DNA from: an uncultured virus (IMG/VR IMGVR_UViG_3300000116_000008)
Taxonomy: Duplodnaviria > Heunggongvirae > Uroviricota > Caudoviricetes
IMG/VR virus record: IMGVR_UViG_3300000116_000008
Direction: 5' to 3' (one strand)
DNA length: 64,000 bases
Of the stretch, positions 9,627 to 21,800 are shown one piece after another. Position 1 is the stretch's first letter, and each line of letters opens with the position of its first letter. The translations under genes and the position numbers were made by a program. The notes under the pieces are model-generated. The model saw nothing but the letters and a program-made list of their open reading frames with translations, was not told the origin of the DNA and made no database searches.

Positions 9627-11227
9627 TGGCTACTTATCCTGACGACGCAACTGCTCCTATCACTGCTTTTAGTGTTGTGGCTGACACTACATTTTCTAGT
9701 ACAGGAGCGATTCGCACAGAATTTAATTTACCGTCTGTAGTAACTCATAAAGGTGAGATTACGGCATTTATTGATGGTGTTTTACAACAAACTACTGCCT
9801 ATGACTTATCAAATTCAGGACAAACTGCTTCTTTTTTAGTAGCACCAAATGCTTCTAATCTAACAATTAAAACTATTAGTTTACCTTCACGTTTTAGATT
9901 AACTAGAAGTTTTCCTGCCGTGCGTAGCGTGGACTACTCTAATACCTCTGCTACAGTGGTTGATTCTAATTCTTACTTAATTAACGCAAATACTGAATTT
10001 TTTGCTTTACCTTCAGGAGTTAATGTTTCCTCGTCAACTGACTTTATGGTCTTTTTATCAGGTGTATTTCAGAACTCTGATGCTTATACGTACCCCTCTA
10101 CCACTTTAGGTAATCATGGGATTGATATAGGAGACAACGCAGCGGTAAAACTTTTAACTAATTTTAGTGGTAATTTGACTGATGAAAGCTCTTCGGCACA
10201 TACTTTAAACTTTCGCGATGGTAGCGCAAGTTTTGCTTCGTCTAAACAACTAGACTTAGACGGAACAGCTGGTAATTTTGCAGATATTGCTGATAATGAT
10301 GATTTCAACATATTAAGTAAAGACTTTACTTTAGATACTTTTATTAAGCCAGACACTGGTACCACGATGACTTCCAACCAAACATTATTTGCAAAACATG
10401 CTAAGACTAATAACAATAACTATACTCTAAGACTTGTAGGAGCTAACTCAAATGTAGGTTTTATTGTTAATGATGGTGGGAATATTACTGAGTTGTATGG
10501 GGGTAATGCTAATGGCGGAGTTAATCTACACGTTGCAGTATCGCATGAAAAAAATACGAACAACTTAAGACTTTATGTAAATAACGTTAAAGTTGCTCAT
10601 AAAAATTTCACAGCAGATGACTTTGCAGGTAACGTTATTATCGGGTCCAACTCTAATACAGCATCAGAGGGAGAACGTTTCTCAGGTTTGATCGAATACA
10701 CTCGTTTATCTCACTCGATTCGCTATAGAAGCGGGGGAATATCTCCTATAAATAACCACACTCCCACAATTATATCTGGGGCTCCTCTTGGTGCTATTAG
10801 TAGTGAGGATACTCTTAGCATTAGAGTGTTTGATTCTGAAGTTACCACTTTAGATAGATTTAATTCAATGGCAGATAGAAAACCAGATAAAGGTTTTACT
10901 GCTGAAAGATCTTTTGATTCTGTTACTTTTACTTCTCAGGCAGGTTATGAAAAAAGACGACTTAGGTCTCGCCGTTCAAAGCGTAACTATAGCTTGCAAT
11001 ATACTAACATTACTGGCGTCGAAAAAACTGCGATTGAGAATTTTTATAATGCTCGTAGCGGGCAGTTTGAAGCATTCACATTTGACTTGTCACATCTAAA
11101 TGAATCTGGTACAATTACTACAAGATTTGAAGGACCACTTTCAGTAACGCAAGTTATATCTTCAGGCTCATCTTTAACAGAAAATTTTTATACCGTAACA
11201 TTTAAACTTCAAGAAACGTATGACTAA
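9626..11227 (+). CDS. distal tail protein (lambda gpM-like C-terminus) with LamG-like insertion
   Basis: C-terminal SQAGYEKRR..IENFYNARSGQFEAFTF..VTFKLQE; internal DFTLDTFIK..HVAVS..LYVN. Confidence 0.65.
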   Translation: MATYPDDATAPITAFSVVADTTFSSTGAIRTEFNLPSVVTHKGEITAFIDGVLQQTTAYDLSNSGQTASFLVAPNASNLTIKTISLPSRFRLTRSFPAVRSVDYSNTSATVVDSNSYLINANTEFFALPSGVNVSSSTDFMVFLSGVFQNSDAYTYPSTTLGNHGIDIGDNAAVKLLTNFSGNLTDESSSAHTLNFRDGSASFASSKQLDLDGTAGNFADIADNDDFNILSKDFTLDTFIKPDTGTTMTSNQTLFAKHAKTNNNNYTLRLVGANSNVGFIVNDGGNITELYGGNANGGVNLHVAVSHEKNTNNLRLYVNNVKVAHKNFTADDFAGNVIIGSNSNTASEGERFSGLIEYTRLSHSIRYRSGGISPINNHTPTIISGAPLGAISSEDTLSIRVFDSEVTTLDRFNSMADRKPDKGFTAERSFDSVTFTSQAGYEKRRLRSRRSKRNYSLQYTNITGVEKTAIENFYNARSGQFEAFTFDLSHLNESGTITTRFEGPLSVTQVISSGSSLTENFYTVTFKLQETYD

Positions 11228-12804
11228 TGACAGCAAGAAATTATGATGTAGTAATCAAAGTAGCCAATGCCTCGTCTTTTGAGATGAATAACGTACTTAT
11301 TGGAAATACGTCGGCTGCAATAGGCACCATTGCTAACGTTAACGCTACCACTAACATTTTAAAAGTAAAATTATCTAATTCTATATTAGAGTTTTCTAAC
11401 TTAGAAGTTGTTCACTCTAATGTTATTTCTGTAACAGGTACAGCTAATGGATTATTAGATACTACTTCTTTACCTTTTCAAGCTAATACATACGCGGGTA
11501 ATGTAACAACTGCTATATCTACGATACAAACTATAGGACCAAGCGGTTTTATTGCTGAGAAGAATGCTTTTACACAAAATCCTATTGTTCGTCTATATGA
11601 AATATACTACCCAGGCGAGTGGTACCCAGAAAACGCAGCAGGTAATCCAACAGGTAAAGGTGAGGGTAGAGCTTGGCCTGTAGACTTTCCTATCAGATTT
11701 GCAGATATTCGTGGTGATTTAATTTCTGACTTGAACTATAATGTATCTTATAGTGGTGACACATTTATTCCTTTCCCTTCACAAATTTCTTCTATTGAAC
11801 AGTCTAGCGATGGTAAAATTAATGAACTATCTTTAACTGTGTTTAATGTTGACAATATAATTTCAGCTTTAATAGAAGATCCTTTTTTAGTCGGTAATAA
11901 CACCTCTAATGCGTGTCAGGCATTTGTTAATGGTGAGTTAGTTCACGGTATTGACCCCAGAACGATAAATGCAGCTCCAAGTGCCTTTGGGTCAGCAGGG
12001 ACTGAAGGATTCGACGTATTAACTCGTGCTAGAGCAAATGGTTTAGCTTTTAGTGCCGATGTCACTAATGGGGTGTATGGAAAAGCTAATTCATCTTTTA
12101 CTAGAGATCAAACTATTTCTATAGGTGGAGAGTGGAAAGAAGAAAAGTCAGATACCCGAGACTTACTAGGTGGTGTAGTATCTATTAAAACCACTTTTGC
12201 TAATTTTTTAGACTATTGGCCTGAATATAGCACTGCTAGATTTGTTACTTCTAATGTAGTTGAAGTTTATAACGCACTTCCTTATAGAGTTGGAGATAAT
12301 GTTCGTTCCGAAAACGGTACGACAGAAGGCACAATAGAATCAATTGAAGAAAATCGTTTTTTATACTTATCAAACCCGTTAGACTCTGACTTAGCAGTTG
12401 GTGATGCAGTTTTTATAATAAACTCTGAGGCAGATTCTGAATCTTACATAGAAGATAAATTTAAGATTGACAGTTTAGAGTCTTTAAATGACGAAGTCGC
12501 TGCTTTTAGTCTAATATCATGGCTCCAATATTTTAGAAATCAAATACCTAATAGAAAATACTATAAAAATACTTGTCAATGGTCTTACAAAGGACCTGAG
12601 TGTCAGTACCCTGGACCTGGAAACTTAGCCATACCAGGCACATCATTAACCTCAAATGCAAATCCTATTTCTGCGGACAATACAACAGCAGGATCTGCTG
12701 CTGGAGATGTTTGTGGAAAGTCATTACAAGCGTGCACTATACGTAATAATCAAATTCATTTTGGAGGCTTCCCTGCAACAGGACGAACAGTACCAAAACA
12801 ATAA
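11227..12804 (+). CDS. tail tip protein, lambda gpL-like
   Basis: C-terminal CQWSYKGPECQY..CGKSLQAC..FGGFP four-Cys motif. Confidence 0.8.
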   Translation: MTARNYDVVIKVANASSFEMNNVLIGNTSAAIGTIANVNATTNILKVKLSNSILEFSNLEVVHSNVISVTGTANGLLDTTSLPFQANTYAGNVTTAISTIQTIGPSGFIAEKNAFTQNPIVRLYEIYYPGEWYPENAAGNPTGKGEGRAWPVDFPIRFADIRGDLISDLNYNVSYSGDTFIPFPSQISSIEQSSDGKINELSLTVFNVDNIISALIEDPFLVGNNTSNACQAFVNGELVHGIDPRTINAAPSAFGSAGTEGFDVLTRARANGLAFSADVTNGVYGKANSSFTRDQTISIGGEWKEEKSDTRDLLGGVVSIKTTFANFLDYWPEYSTARFVTSNVVEVYNALPYRVGDNVRSENGTTEGTIESIEENRFLYLSNPLDSDLAVGDAVFIINSEADSESYIEDKFKIDSLESLNDEVAAFSLISWLQYFRNQIPNRKYYKNTCQWSYKGPECQYPGPGNLAIPGTSLTSNANPISADNTTAGSAAGDVCGKSLQACTIRNNQIHFGGFPATGRTVPKQ

Positions 12805-13978
12805 ATCAATTTGTATTTTACCCTGGATGCACCAATATGGCGACATAGCGGGGTCTTATGCCCTTTGTTGTTTTTCAATATTTCAATCAAATAATAATAG
12901 TTTTGGTAAAGGCCTAGCACCTTTGCAGGCATTTAATCACGAGTTTATGAAGTCTACCAGACTAGCTATGCTTAAAGACGAAAAAGTCTCTGCATGTAAT
13001 GTCTGTTATGATTGGGAAAAAAACGGCATTGAAAGTCCTCGACAAAAAATGAACATACGTTTTAAAGATTATAAACAATTATTTAATAAAACGGATAAAG
13101 ACGGATCAGTAACCAATCCTCCGATGTATATTGACTTTAGATTCGGTAATTTATGTAATTTTAAATGTAGAATGTGTGGTTCCTATGCTTCATCGTCATG
13201 GGCTAAAGAAGCTAAATTTCACGGAATGATGAAACAGACTGCCCCTAATCACTATGACTATTGGACTGATAACGAGGATTTTTGGAAAGATATTGATTAT
13301 ATAAAAAAATATATAAGAGAGATATATTTTGCTGGAGGCGAACCTTTTGTGCAGAAGGGCCATTACAAACTACTAGAATTTTTATCTGATAATAACTGCA
13401 CGAATATTCATTTAACTTATAATACAAACTTATCATACGACGGTAAGTTTAAAAGTTACCAAATAGAGGAATTATGGGAAAAATTTAAAAAAGTTTCTTT
13501 ATGGCCTAGCATTGAAGGCTATAAGGCTCATGCTGAGTATGGTAGAACTGGGTTAGAATGGTCGCTATTTGAAAAAAATGTTGATAGGTTTTCAAAGTAT
13601 ATTTCAGATTTTTCATTAGCTGGTAGTGTATACTCTATTACCTCTAATCTTGAACTAATACTTTGGATAAAAAGTAAAGGTAAATCTTTTAATATAACAA
13701 ATGTCGTACAACCTGCGTTTCAATCTACTACTGTTTTCGATCTAAAAACAAAAAAAGATATTATGACAAAGTATAGAAACTTATTAAAAAAATATCAAAA
13801 TGTGTTAAGTAAATATGAACTATCAATAATACTAGACTCTTTAAAACATATGATGTCAAAAGATGATAGTCACTTAGCAAAAGAGTTTAAAGAGTATAAC
13901 GTAAAACTTGACCTATATAGAAATGAGTCTTTTGAAAGTGTATATGGAGAATTAGCAGAATGGTACAAAAATATTTAG
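12656..13978 (+). CDS. radical SAM protein with N-terminal SPASM/twitch-like domain (true start uncertain, near 12773)
   Basis: CILPWMH..CC..CNVC followed by CNFKCRMC, FAGGEP and YNTN motifs. Confidence 0.85.
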   Translation: MQILFLRTIQQQDLLLEMFVESHYKRALYVIIKFILEASLQQDEQYQNNKSICILPWMHQYGDIAGSYALCCFSIFQSNNNSFGKGLAPLQAFNHEFMKSTRLAMLKDEKVSACNVCYDWEKNGIESPRQKMNIRFKDYKQLFNKTDKDGSVTNPPMYIDFRFGNLCNFKCRMCGSYASSSWAKEAKFHGMMKQTAPNHYDYWTDNEDFWKDIDYIKKYIREIYFAGGEPFVQKGHYKLLEFLSDNNCTNIHLTYNTNLSYDGKFKSYQIEELWEKFKKVSLWPSIEGYKAHAEYGRTGLEWSLFEKNVDRFSKYISDFSLAGSVYSITSNLELILWIKSKGKSFNITNVVQPAFQSTTVFDLKTKKDIMTKYRNLLKKYQNVLSKYELSIILDSLKHMMSKDDSHLAKEFKEYNVKLDLYRNESFESVYGELAEWYKNI

Positions 13979-14349
13979 GACTAACTCATGAATACGGTAA
14001 TACCGATTGTATAGAGTTAATTAGAAATTTTTATAAAAATGAATTAAAAATAGATTTTGATCTACCTACTTACCCCCATTCTAGGGTTTGGATGAAAAAT
14101 TTTCATACAGACAAGGTCGATGAGTGGGCATCAAAGTGCTCTATAAAAGTCAAATTGACAGATGCAAAAAATTATGATGTAATGGTATTTAAGTCAGAAA
14201 AGTGCAAACTTGTAATACATTTTGGTATGTTTTTAATGCCATCAAAACTGTTTCACATTGAAGAAGGGGGTTGTTCGTGTGTCCAAACTTTATCAGAATA
14301 TTGGATGAGTAGGCTACACGCAATTTATAGACATAATGACATGGTATAA
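13960..14349 (+). CDS. NlpC/P60 peptidase (gpK-like), copy 1
   Basis: DCIELIRNFY..HFGMF..FH Cys-His-His pattern. Confidence 0.75.
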   Translation: MVQKYLGLTHEYGNTDCIELIRNFYKNELKIDFDLPTYPHSRVWMKNFHTDKVDEWASKCSIKVKLTDAKNYDVMVFKSEKCKLVIHFGMFLMPSKLFHIEEGGCSCVQTLSEYWMSRLHAIYRHNDMV

Positions 14350-14764
14350 TTCCTATACTGGATTCCCTTATAAACATTTAGGTGACGATATGAGTACTGG
14401 CATAGATTGTTTCAATCTTTGTACTCTAGTATACAAAAATGAACTAAATATCGACGTACCTTATAGAACATCTGATTTTTGTAATATAGTAGATGAGGAT
14501 TGGTATTCTAAAACTCACGAAAGGTGGATGGATAAAGCTGCCTCTGAAGTGAATGGGTGGAGAAAAGTAAAAGAGCCAAAACCTTTTGATGTTATACTGA
14601 TGTCACTAGGTTCAACCCATGTTACTAATCATTGTGCTCTTTATGTTGATACAAATAAAATATTACAAACAATGATAAACCATACAAGTTGGATAGCACC
14701 ATATGGAAGATATTATAAACAATACACGACAGGAATATATAGATGGAAAGATTTGATGAATTAA
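14336..14764 (+). CDS. NlpC/P60 peptidase (gpK-like), copy 2
   Basis: GFPYK..GIDCFNL..HCALY. Confidence 0.8.
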   Translation: MTWYNSYTGFPYKHLGDDMSTGIDCFNLCTLVYKNELNIDVPYRTSDFCNIVDEDWYSKTHERWMDKAASEVNGWRKVKEPKPFDVILMSLGSTHVTNHCALYVDTNKILQTMINHTSWIAPYGRYYKQYTTGIYRWKDLMN

Positions 14765-15120
14765 AAGAAGCAATGAATAATCACTCTTTGCGTGACTATC
14801 CTAAAGAAGCTGTTGGGATTGTTACTAAAGATTTTAGTTATATACCTTGCAAAAATATATCACCTACTCCTAAATTAAGTTTTTTATTAGATCCAGCAGA
14901 TTTAGTTAAAAATGACGGAAATATATGGGGCATTTTTCATTCTCATCCAGGAGACGAAAACCCCATACCAAGCAAGGAAGATAAAGTAAGTGCCGCTTTC
15001 CAGGAATATAAATTTTTGGTAGGATTTAATAACAAATTTTTTATTTATTGGCTTGACCAAAATCTTGATGCTCTTGTCTTTGACAAGTTTGAAGGAAATC
15101 ACCTTGTTAGCAACTCTTAA
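14743..15120 (+). CDS. JAB/MPN metalloprotease (gpK N-domain-like)
   Basis: YPKEAVG..FHSHP..PSKED JAMM motif. Confidence 0.85.
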   Translation: MERFDELKEAMNNHSLRDYPKEAVGIVTKDFSYIPCKNISPTPKLSFLLDPADLVKNDGNIWGIFHSHPGDENPIPSKEDKVSAAFQEYKFLVGFNNKFFIYWLDQNLDALVFDKFEGNHLVSNS

Positions 15121-15838
15121 AATTCATTCTAGTTTCCATAAGTTTTTTGATAAATCAGAATATACTGCTGATTTTACTAATTATAATGATATTTTATTTT
15201 ATCTTCAATCAATGCATAGTAAATTTAATAATTATATGCGTTCTGTTCATGATTTACAGACGGAAGAGTCTTTTTCGTTTTTAGACAAAAACTTAAATAT
15301 GATAACTGCTGATCAGTACCATGTAAAAACTATTAAAGATGGGGACGTAATATACTTAGCTCCTGTATTAGTCGGTGGTGGAGGTAAGCGGGGTGGATTA
15401 TTACTTATAATTGGTCTTGGTATAATGACTGGCGGCTTTGGTTTACTAGCCGGAGCAGGATCTAGTGCTGCAGTAGCAGGGGCTGCTGTTGAGGGCGGTG
15501 CTGTCGCTTCTGCTTCCATACAAGGTGGATTGGCTGGTGGAGGAGGAGGTTTAATGGGTGCATTAGCAAAAATGCCTTCATTTGCTCGATCTATGCTAGG
15601 TAATTTAGCTATGAGTTTGGTGACAAGTTTATTTACTAAAAAACCAAAAAAGAATGAAACAGACCAAAGCACTCGACAAAGCGGTATGTTCGGTAATTTA
15701 ACTAATACAACAGAATCTGGAACCCCTATTCCTTTGCAATATGGATTAGTTAGAGTTGCTGGCCAAATGTTAAGTGGTTATGTAGATTCTGATGAGCACG
15801 GTAAAAATGATATTATAAAGGTTGAGGATAAATTCTAA
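15104..15838 (+). CDS. tail assembly protein, lambda gpI-like
   Basis: Beta-grasp-like N-domain ending IYLAPVLVGGG, Gly/Ala hydrophobic stretch, GTPIPLQYG; likely TTG start at 15104 after SD AAGGA. Confidence 0.75.
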   Translation: MLATLKIHSSFHKFFDKSEYTADFTNYNDILFYLQSMHSKFNNYMRSVHDLQTEESFSFLDKNLNMITADQYHVKTIKDGDVIYLAPVLVGGGGKRGGLLLIIGLGIMTGGFGLLAGAGSSAAVAGAAVEGGAVASASIQGGLAGGGGGLMGALAKMPSFARSMLGNLAMSLVTSLFTKKPKKNETDQSTRQSGMFGNLTNTTESGTPIPLQYGLVRVAGQMLSGYVDSDEHGKNDIIKVEDKF

Positions 15839-18800
15839 TGGCTAGACGTTTTTTAAATTATCAAAATCAAGTAGTTCCTGTCATTGGAGGAGCAAAAGGC
15901 GGTAAAGGCGGAGGTGGAGGTGCTGGTGAAGACCCTAACTCCTTATTTTCGACAGATATAGTTTTTATTACTGCAGGGTTAGGCGAAGGGCCTGTTTATC
16001 GCATTAATCCTAATGGCCCTCAAGATATTGAAATACAAGATAACCAAATTGATGATCTTATTGACTTTTCAGATAATACCGCTGATGGGGATAAGTTTGT
16101 TACTTTATCTACTACAGGAACGACTAGTCAAGCTCCTCTTACTGTCTTTGGCGAGTCTATACAAACTCCACAATCTTTTGCGTCTCCTGTGTCCTTGAAA
16201 AAAGGAAATCTAGACGGAGTACCCTCTGTAAAAGTCACAGACCAAGAAACTTCAGCAAATGATTGGGATGCTATAAAGTTTAATTTTCAAATCTCATCAC
16301 TTCAAAAAGTTACCAAAAAGGGTGATGTTAAAAATCACTCTATATCAATTAAGATAACACTTAAAAGAAGAATTTTAACAGGTAGTTTAGGTACTGATAC
16401 TATAACTTCTATAGAAAGAACAATTTCAGGTAAAACTACCACTCCCTTTAGATTTAACGTTAAAATAGTAGTTCCAGATGCTAATAAAGATATTAGTGGT
16501 TATAGATTTACAGTAGAAAAAACTTCCGATGATGATTCAAGTTCTGGAGTGTCTGAAGCAATTCAGCTTGTAAGCTGGTCTGAAATTGAAAATTCAAAGC
16601 AGGCGTATCCTAGAACAGCAGTGGTTGGATATGCACTTAAAGCTGTTGACGAGCATCAAGGCGGGGTTCCTAATTTTACTTCGCTAGTAAAGGGTCTTTT
16701 AGTTAAAGTTCCTTCAAACTATAATCAGCCCACTCTTACGAATGGAGAAATAGATTGGAGAGAGGTTGAAGTCTCAGATGCTAAAAGAACAGGCAATGGG
16801 TATAGACTACAGAATTCAACTTCTGTCCAAACACAATCTCAACCCCAAATTTATGTTGGTACATGGGATGGAACATTCGTATATTCGTGGACTCAAAACC
16901 CTATTTGGATAGTCTATGACATACTTACAAACTCAACTTATGGTTTAGGGATTCCTGAAGATAACATCGATAAATATAAATTTTTTCAAGTTGCCCAATA
17001 TTGTGATGCTTGTGACGCTATTACAGGCAAGTTTGTAGGTGTAGATGGCCAAGCTGATGGTACTTTCCGACATAAACCTAGATTAGATTTTGCAGGAGTA
17101 AGAAATACTTTAATAGGCTCACCTATTGGTACGAAGATTAAAGAAAGGCGTTTTACTCTTAATATTAGTATTGCTGACGACAGTCAGGCTATGGACATGT
17201 TAAACACCATGTGTTCTACTTTTAGAGGAGCATTAGTATACTCTTTAGGAAAATTAACTTTAGCAGTTGATATGCCTGATGAATATCCTGTCATGGTCTT
17301 TAATGAAACGAATATAAAAACAGGTTCGCTTGTGATTTCTGGAACTAAAGAAAGTGACGTTATTTCTGGAGTTGATGTTAGTTATGTTGATCCTTCTAAC
17401 CATTACAAAAGAGAAGTTGTAAGAGTTGATACTGCAGATGCAAATGACGGTGCCGAAAGAAATGTGATTAAAAATGTTCAATCTCTTGATTTACCAGGAG
17501 TTACGAGAAGAAGTCAAGCTCTAAGGTTTGCACAATATCAAATAGCAGCGTCAAGATATTTACGTAGAAACGTAACTTTTACAACAAGTACTGACGCTTT
17601 AACACTAGCTCCTGGAGACGTAATATCTGTTGCTCAGCAACTATCTGGAATTGCCTATGGATTTAGTGGAAAAATTTCTGCAAATTCTGACTCCTCTGGC
17701 GCAGGATCGAATGCAAACATATTTTTAGAACATTTTAGCTCACCATCGCTGGCGTCAACTAATTTTACAGCTAACTCTGGACCTCTAGCTCTTAGAGTAA
17801 TTAAAATGAAAGATGATAGAGTGGATTTATACTTAGTAAGTAATACAAAATTTGCTTTATCTAATGTTGATGTTACGAGCGGGTTTGATCGTGCTGAAAT
17901 CAACGTTATTGCAAAATTTAATAAACAATCAAAACAGTTTCAAAACATTACTAACTTTTCTCCTTCTACTATCGCACCCGTAAAAGGAGATCTCTGGACC
18001 TTTGGAGAAATTGAAAATCCAAATAATTTTTATACTAATAAAGCAGGTAAATTATTTAAAATAACCTCTATTGATCGAGAACCTGATGAAGAAGAAGTGA
18101 CTTTATCGGGTATAGAATATATATCTAATGTTTACGTTGACTCTGATACTTTTATTGACTACACTCCTACAGCTTATACTGATATTATTTCTCCTTTATC
18201 ACAACCTCCATCTCCTGTATTTTCTTTTAATTCAGTACCTAGAGAACGTATAGATGGTTCAGTTGTTGTTGATGGGCAACTGCAAGTTAGAAATGAACTT
18301 ATCGGATATAACCAAGATTTACGTACAGAGTTTTTTATATCAAAACCTGACGTTGCTACGAGAGTCATGAATACTTTTACGTCTTCTGGTGTCTTGAATA
18401 TTGTTGCTAATGATGAATTAAATACTTCTATCCCTGCTAAATTATCAGGTAAAAATGGTTTTTCTGGTTTAGCAGGAGAAATTAGACTATTATGTAACGC
18501 TGTTTCTGAGGTGGATACAGTAGGCGGAACACTAGATGGTAATGTTCAACTTACTCTTGAAGGGTTAAATGTTGCATTTGATGAAAACTTTTTTAAACAT
18601 ATATTAGAAGTTAATGATAATCCTGCAGTTTTTAATAACTTAAAAGGCACAGACTTTATCTCGGTACCTGTTAAAGAAAAAAGTGCTGTACAAGGGACAG
18701 AAGATTTTCCTGGTTTTGCTGGAGATATTGTTGAATTAGCAGTTGAAATAAAAGATTTTGATAAATCTACTAATACCATAAAATTCGAAAATACCAGAAC

Positions 18801-21800
18801 AGGGTCTTTAAAATTTATCGAAAAACTCCCTGATGCTCCTTTCTTTATAAGAATTAATCAATTATTAGATTCTAGATTCTACTCAAATAATAGTTTTTAT
18901 GTGGGAGGTTCTGAGATGTTAATATCAAATACAGGTACATTAACAAGCGGAGTTGTAAATGATATACCTCTCCATGTCGAGCCTCGCCGAGCTGAGTTTG
19001 TTAAATTTTTTGTAGATGGCATTGAAAAAACACCTTCACAATTTACCGTTAATCTTAATTCGACTAATGCTAGAGAGGCTAATATTAATTATACTCCGTT
19101 ATCTAGTGAAGTAAATTTTAGAACAAAGATTGATCACTATACTGTTCCAGCAATTGAACTTGGTGATAATGTGGAATTAGCTTTTAATAACACCTATAGT
19201 GTAACAAAGACCTCTTTTGATCCTGCTAGTCCTACTTATAACGCTGCTCTAACTGCAAATTCTATTTATAGAGTTGAGTTATCAGAGAGTCCAACAATCA
19301 ATGCAATAGGACTAAGTTTTGTAAATATATCTCCAGACATAAGTGGTAATTTAGGCAATATTTCAGGAAATACTGCTACAGTAGACTTTAGCACTACAGG
19401 TACTCCTAGTATATTTAATTTAGGAAATAATAGAATTTATAATGTAGAAGTAGGTGGAGAATTTGAAAAACTTTTCTTAGCAGAAAATGGCCTAGTACAA
19501 GATTTAGATGTAGGAACAACATCTATTCGCGCTAGAAACAGAAATGTATTAGGTAGATTAAGCCCTACGACCACTAGATCAATTACTGTCTCAACTATTC
19601 CAATCAGAAAAGTAACTGGTTTAGCTATTTCTGAATCTTTATATCGTGAGCAAACTGGTGGAGTTGCCATCAGGGCAACTTGTGCGTTTACTCATATTGT
19701 AGGACAACAAGTAACAGACTATGAAATATCGTATAGATTAGATAATATTGATAATGTGGGAAGTGACGATGGTGGGGCAGATTTAACTGCATTCAATACC
19801 GTTAAAGTTCCTGCTACAGGTGTTGATGATGACGGAAAAATTAGGTTTACAGTTTCAGGCATAAACAGAGGTCTAAATAGTGACTCAAACTCAATTCTTT
19901 TCAGAATTACTCCTTTGAATAAATCCATTAGAGGAGATACTGCTAGCATTTCTAAAAGTATAATAGGAAAAACAGCAAAACCTAGTAATATATTTAGTTT
20001 TACTGGAGGTCAGAATACTGATCAGATAACTCTTTTGTGGCAATACCCAAGACAAGCTTCAGGAGATTTACTAGACTTAGACTTAAAAGAGGTTGTAATT
20101 AGACGATCTCCAGGATCTATAACTGCAAGCGTTGAGAATTTTGTTGCATCTGACCCCTTAGTAACTGTGTCTGCAGGTACAGCAAGAAAGTCTATTCCAA
20201 TTGATACTTTTGGCGAGTTTACTTATTTAGCTAGAACTCGTGATACTAGCGGTAATTTAAGTGATGATGTTGTTAGTATAACTTTAACAACAACTAGACC
20301 AGATAGATCTACTGTGGTAGCTGCTTTTAATGAAGACTCTCCTAGTGTAGCTTTTACTGGTATTACCAATACAAACGCTGGTGAGTCAAACTTTCCCTCT
20401 TTTGCAGATTCTACACAAGGAGGAACTGTTGTAGCTGACGGTAATCAGACAGATAATTCTAATGGAACAGCTAGTGGTTTTTCTGCCATAGGGGGATCAC
20501 CGACCGATTTACTAGCAGTAGATGACGCTACTTATATTACTAAAATTAGAGATTTTGGAGCAACAGTAACTGGGTCTGTTTTTGTGGATTTTACAGCTTC
20601 ACAAGAAGTAAAATCAACTTTTAATGATGCGTTTGAAGAAGTTTTGTCAGGTGTGTCAGACGCGTCTGCCCCTAATTCTAATGTTATTAAAGAAACAAGC
20701 TTTGGAGGTCTAGGAACTGTTCTTGGATTTGCAAATACTACTTTATCGCCTAATCCGAGATTTGATGCAAATAACCAAACTTTAATGACAGGTGGTGCTA
20801 GTGGTAATGTATTTGCAATTCTAAATACAGGTAAATTTACAGGAAACGTAAGTTCTATTACTGCAATAACTAAAGCCTCCACTTCCAGAGTGACAACAAG
20901 TGGTTCTGAGCACGGAATTGCTAGTACATCGTCTCCAGGTAAACGAGTAATTGTTCATGATGTTGGTGGTATGACTCAAATTAATAATAGAGAGTTGTTT
21001 GCTAAAAGAATTAATGCAACCACTATCGATTTATTTACAGATTCTGGGTTGACGTCAGGTCTTGACTCCTCTGGCTTTGGAACTTTTACAAGTGGTGGGG
21101 TATTAGATGAAGGCGACTACTCAAATTCAAATGCTTACGCTTTTATTGCTGGAACTATTAATGCTGATCACGTTGAGTTAGGAGCATCCTTTTTTGCTAA
21201 TGGCGCACCTACTGGTTCAAATGCGTTTGCTAACGTTACAGTTAGTGGAAATGCTTATAAATTAATAAATATGACACAATATTCTGATACTGGAGCAGCT
21301 GAAACATTTTCTGGAACATTAGGGGCAGTTTCTTCACAAGTTTTGATTAGAACAACAACTGCAGATAATAGCGCACTTTACGCTTCAACAGGCACAAATG
21401 ATAGAGCTGAGGGAGCAGTACAAACAAGTGAATTTGTCGGATCTTCAGTAAATGATGGTTTTCAAGCATATCAAGCGGGTTCAAGAACTTTTAGACAGTT
21501 CCAATTAAAAATTATCCTAAACAATTCAAAGCCTAATGAATTTGACTTTACAATTGATAAATTTAGGTATAGTATAGAAAAAGATACAGTAACTTTTACG
21601 GATACAGTTACTTATGACGGTGCGCCCAAAACTGTTTCATTTACAAGTGCAGGTTTTTTAAATAGACCCGCAGTTTCTTATGCAGTTTTAACACAACTAG
21701 ATTCTGTTGCAAACCCTTCTATAGTAGTAACTACAGCTGCTTCAAACCAGTCTGTAAGCTTTAGAATGGTAGCAGCTGACGGTACAGGTGAATATAATGC

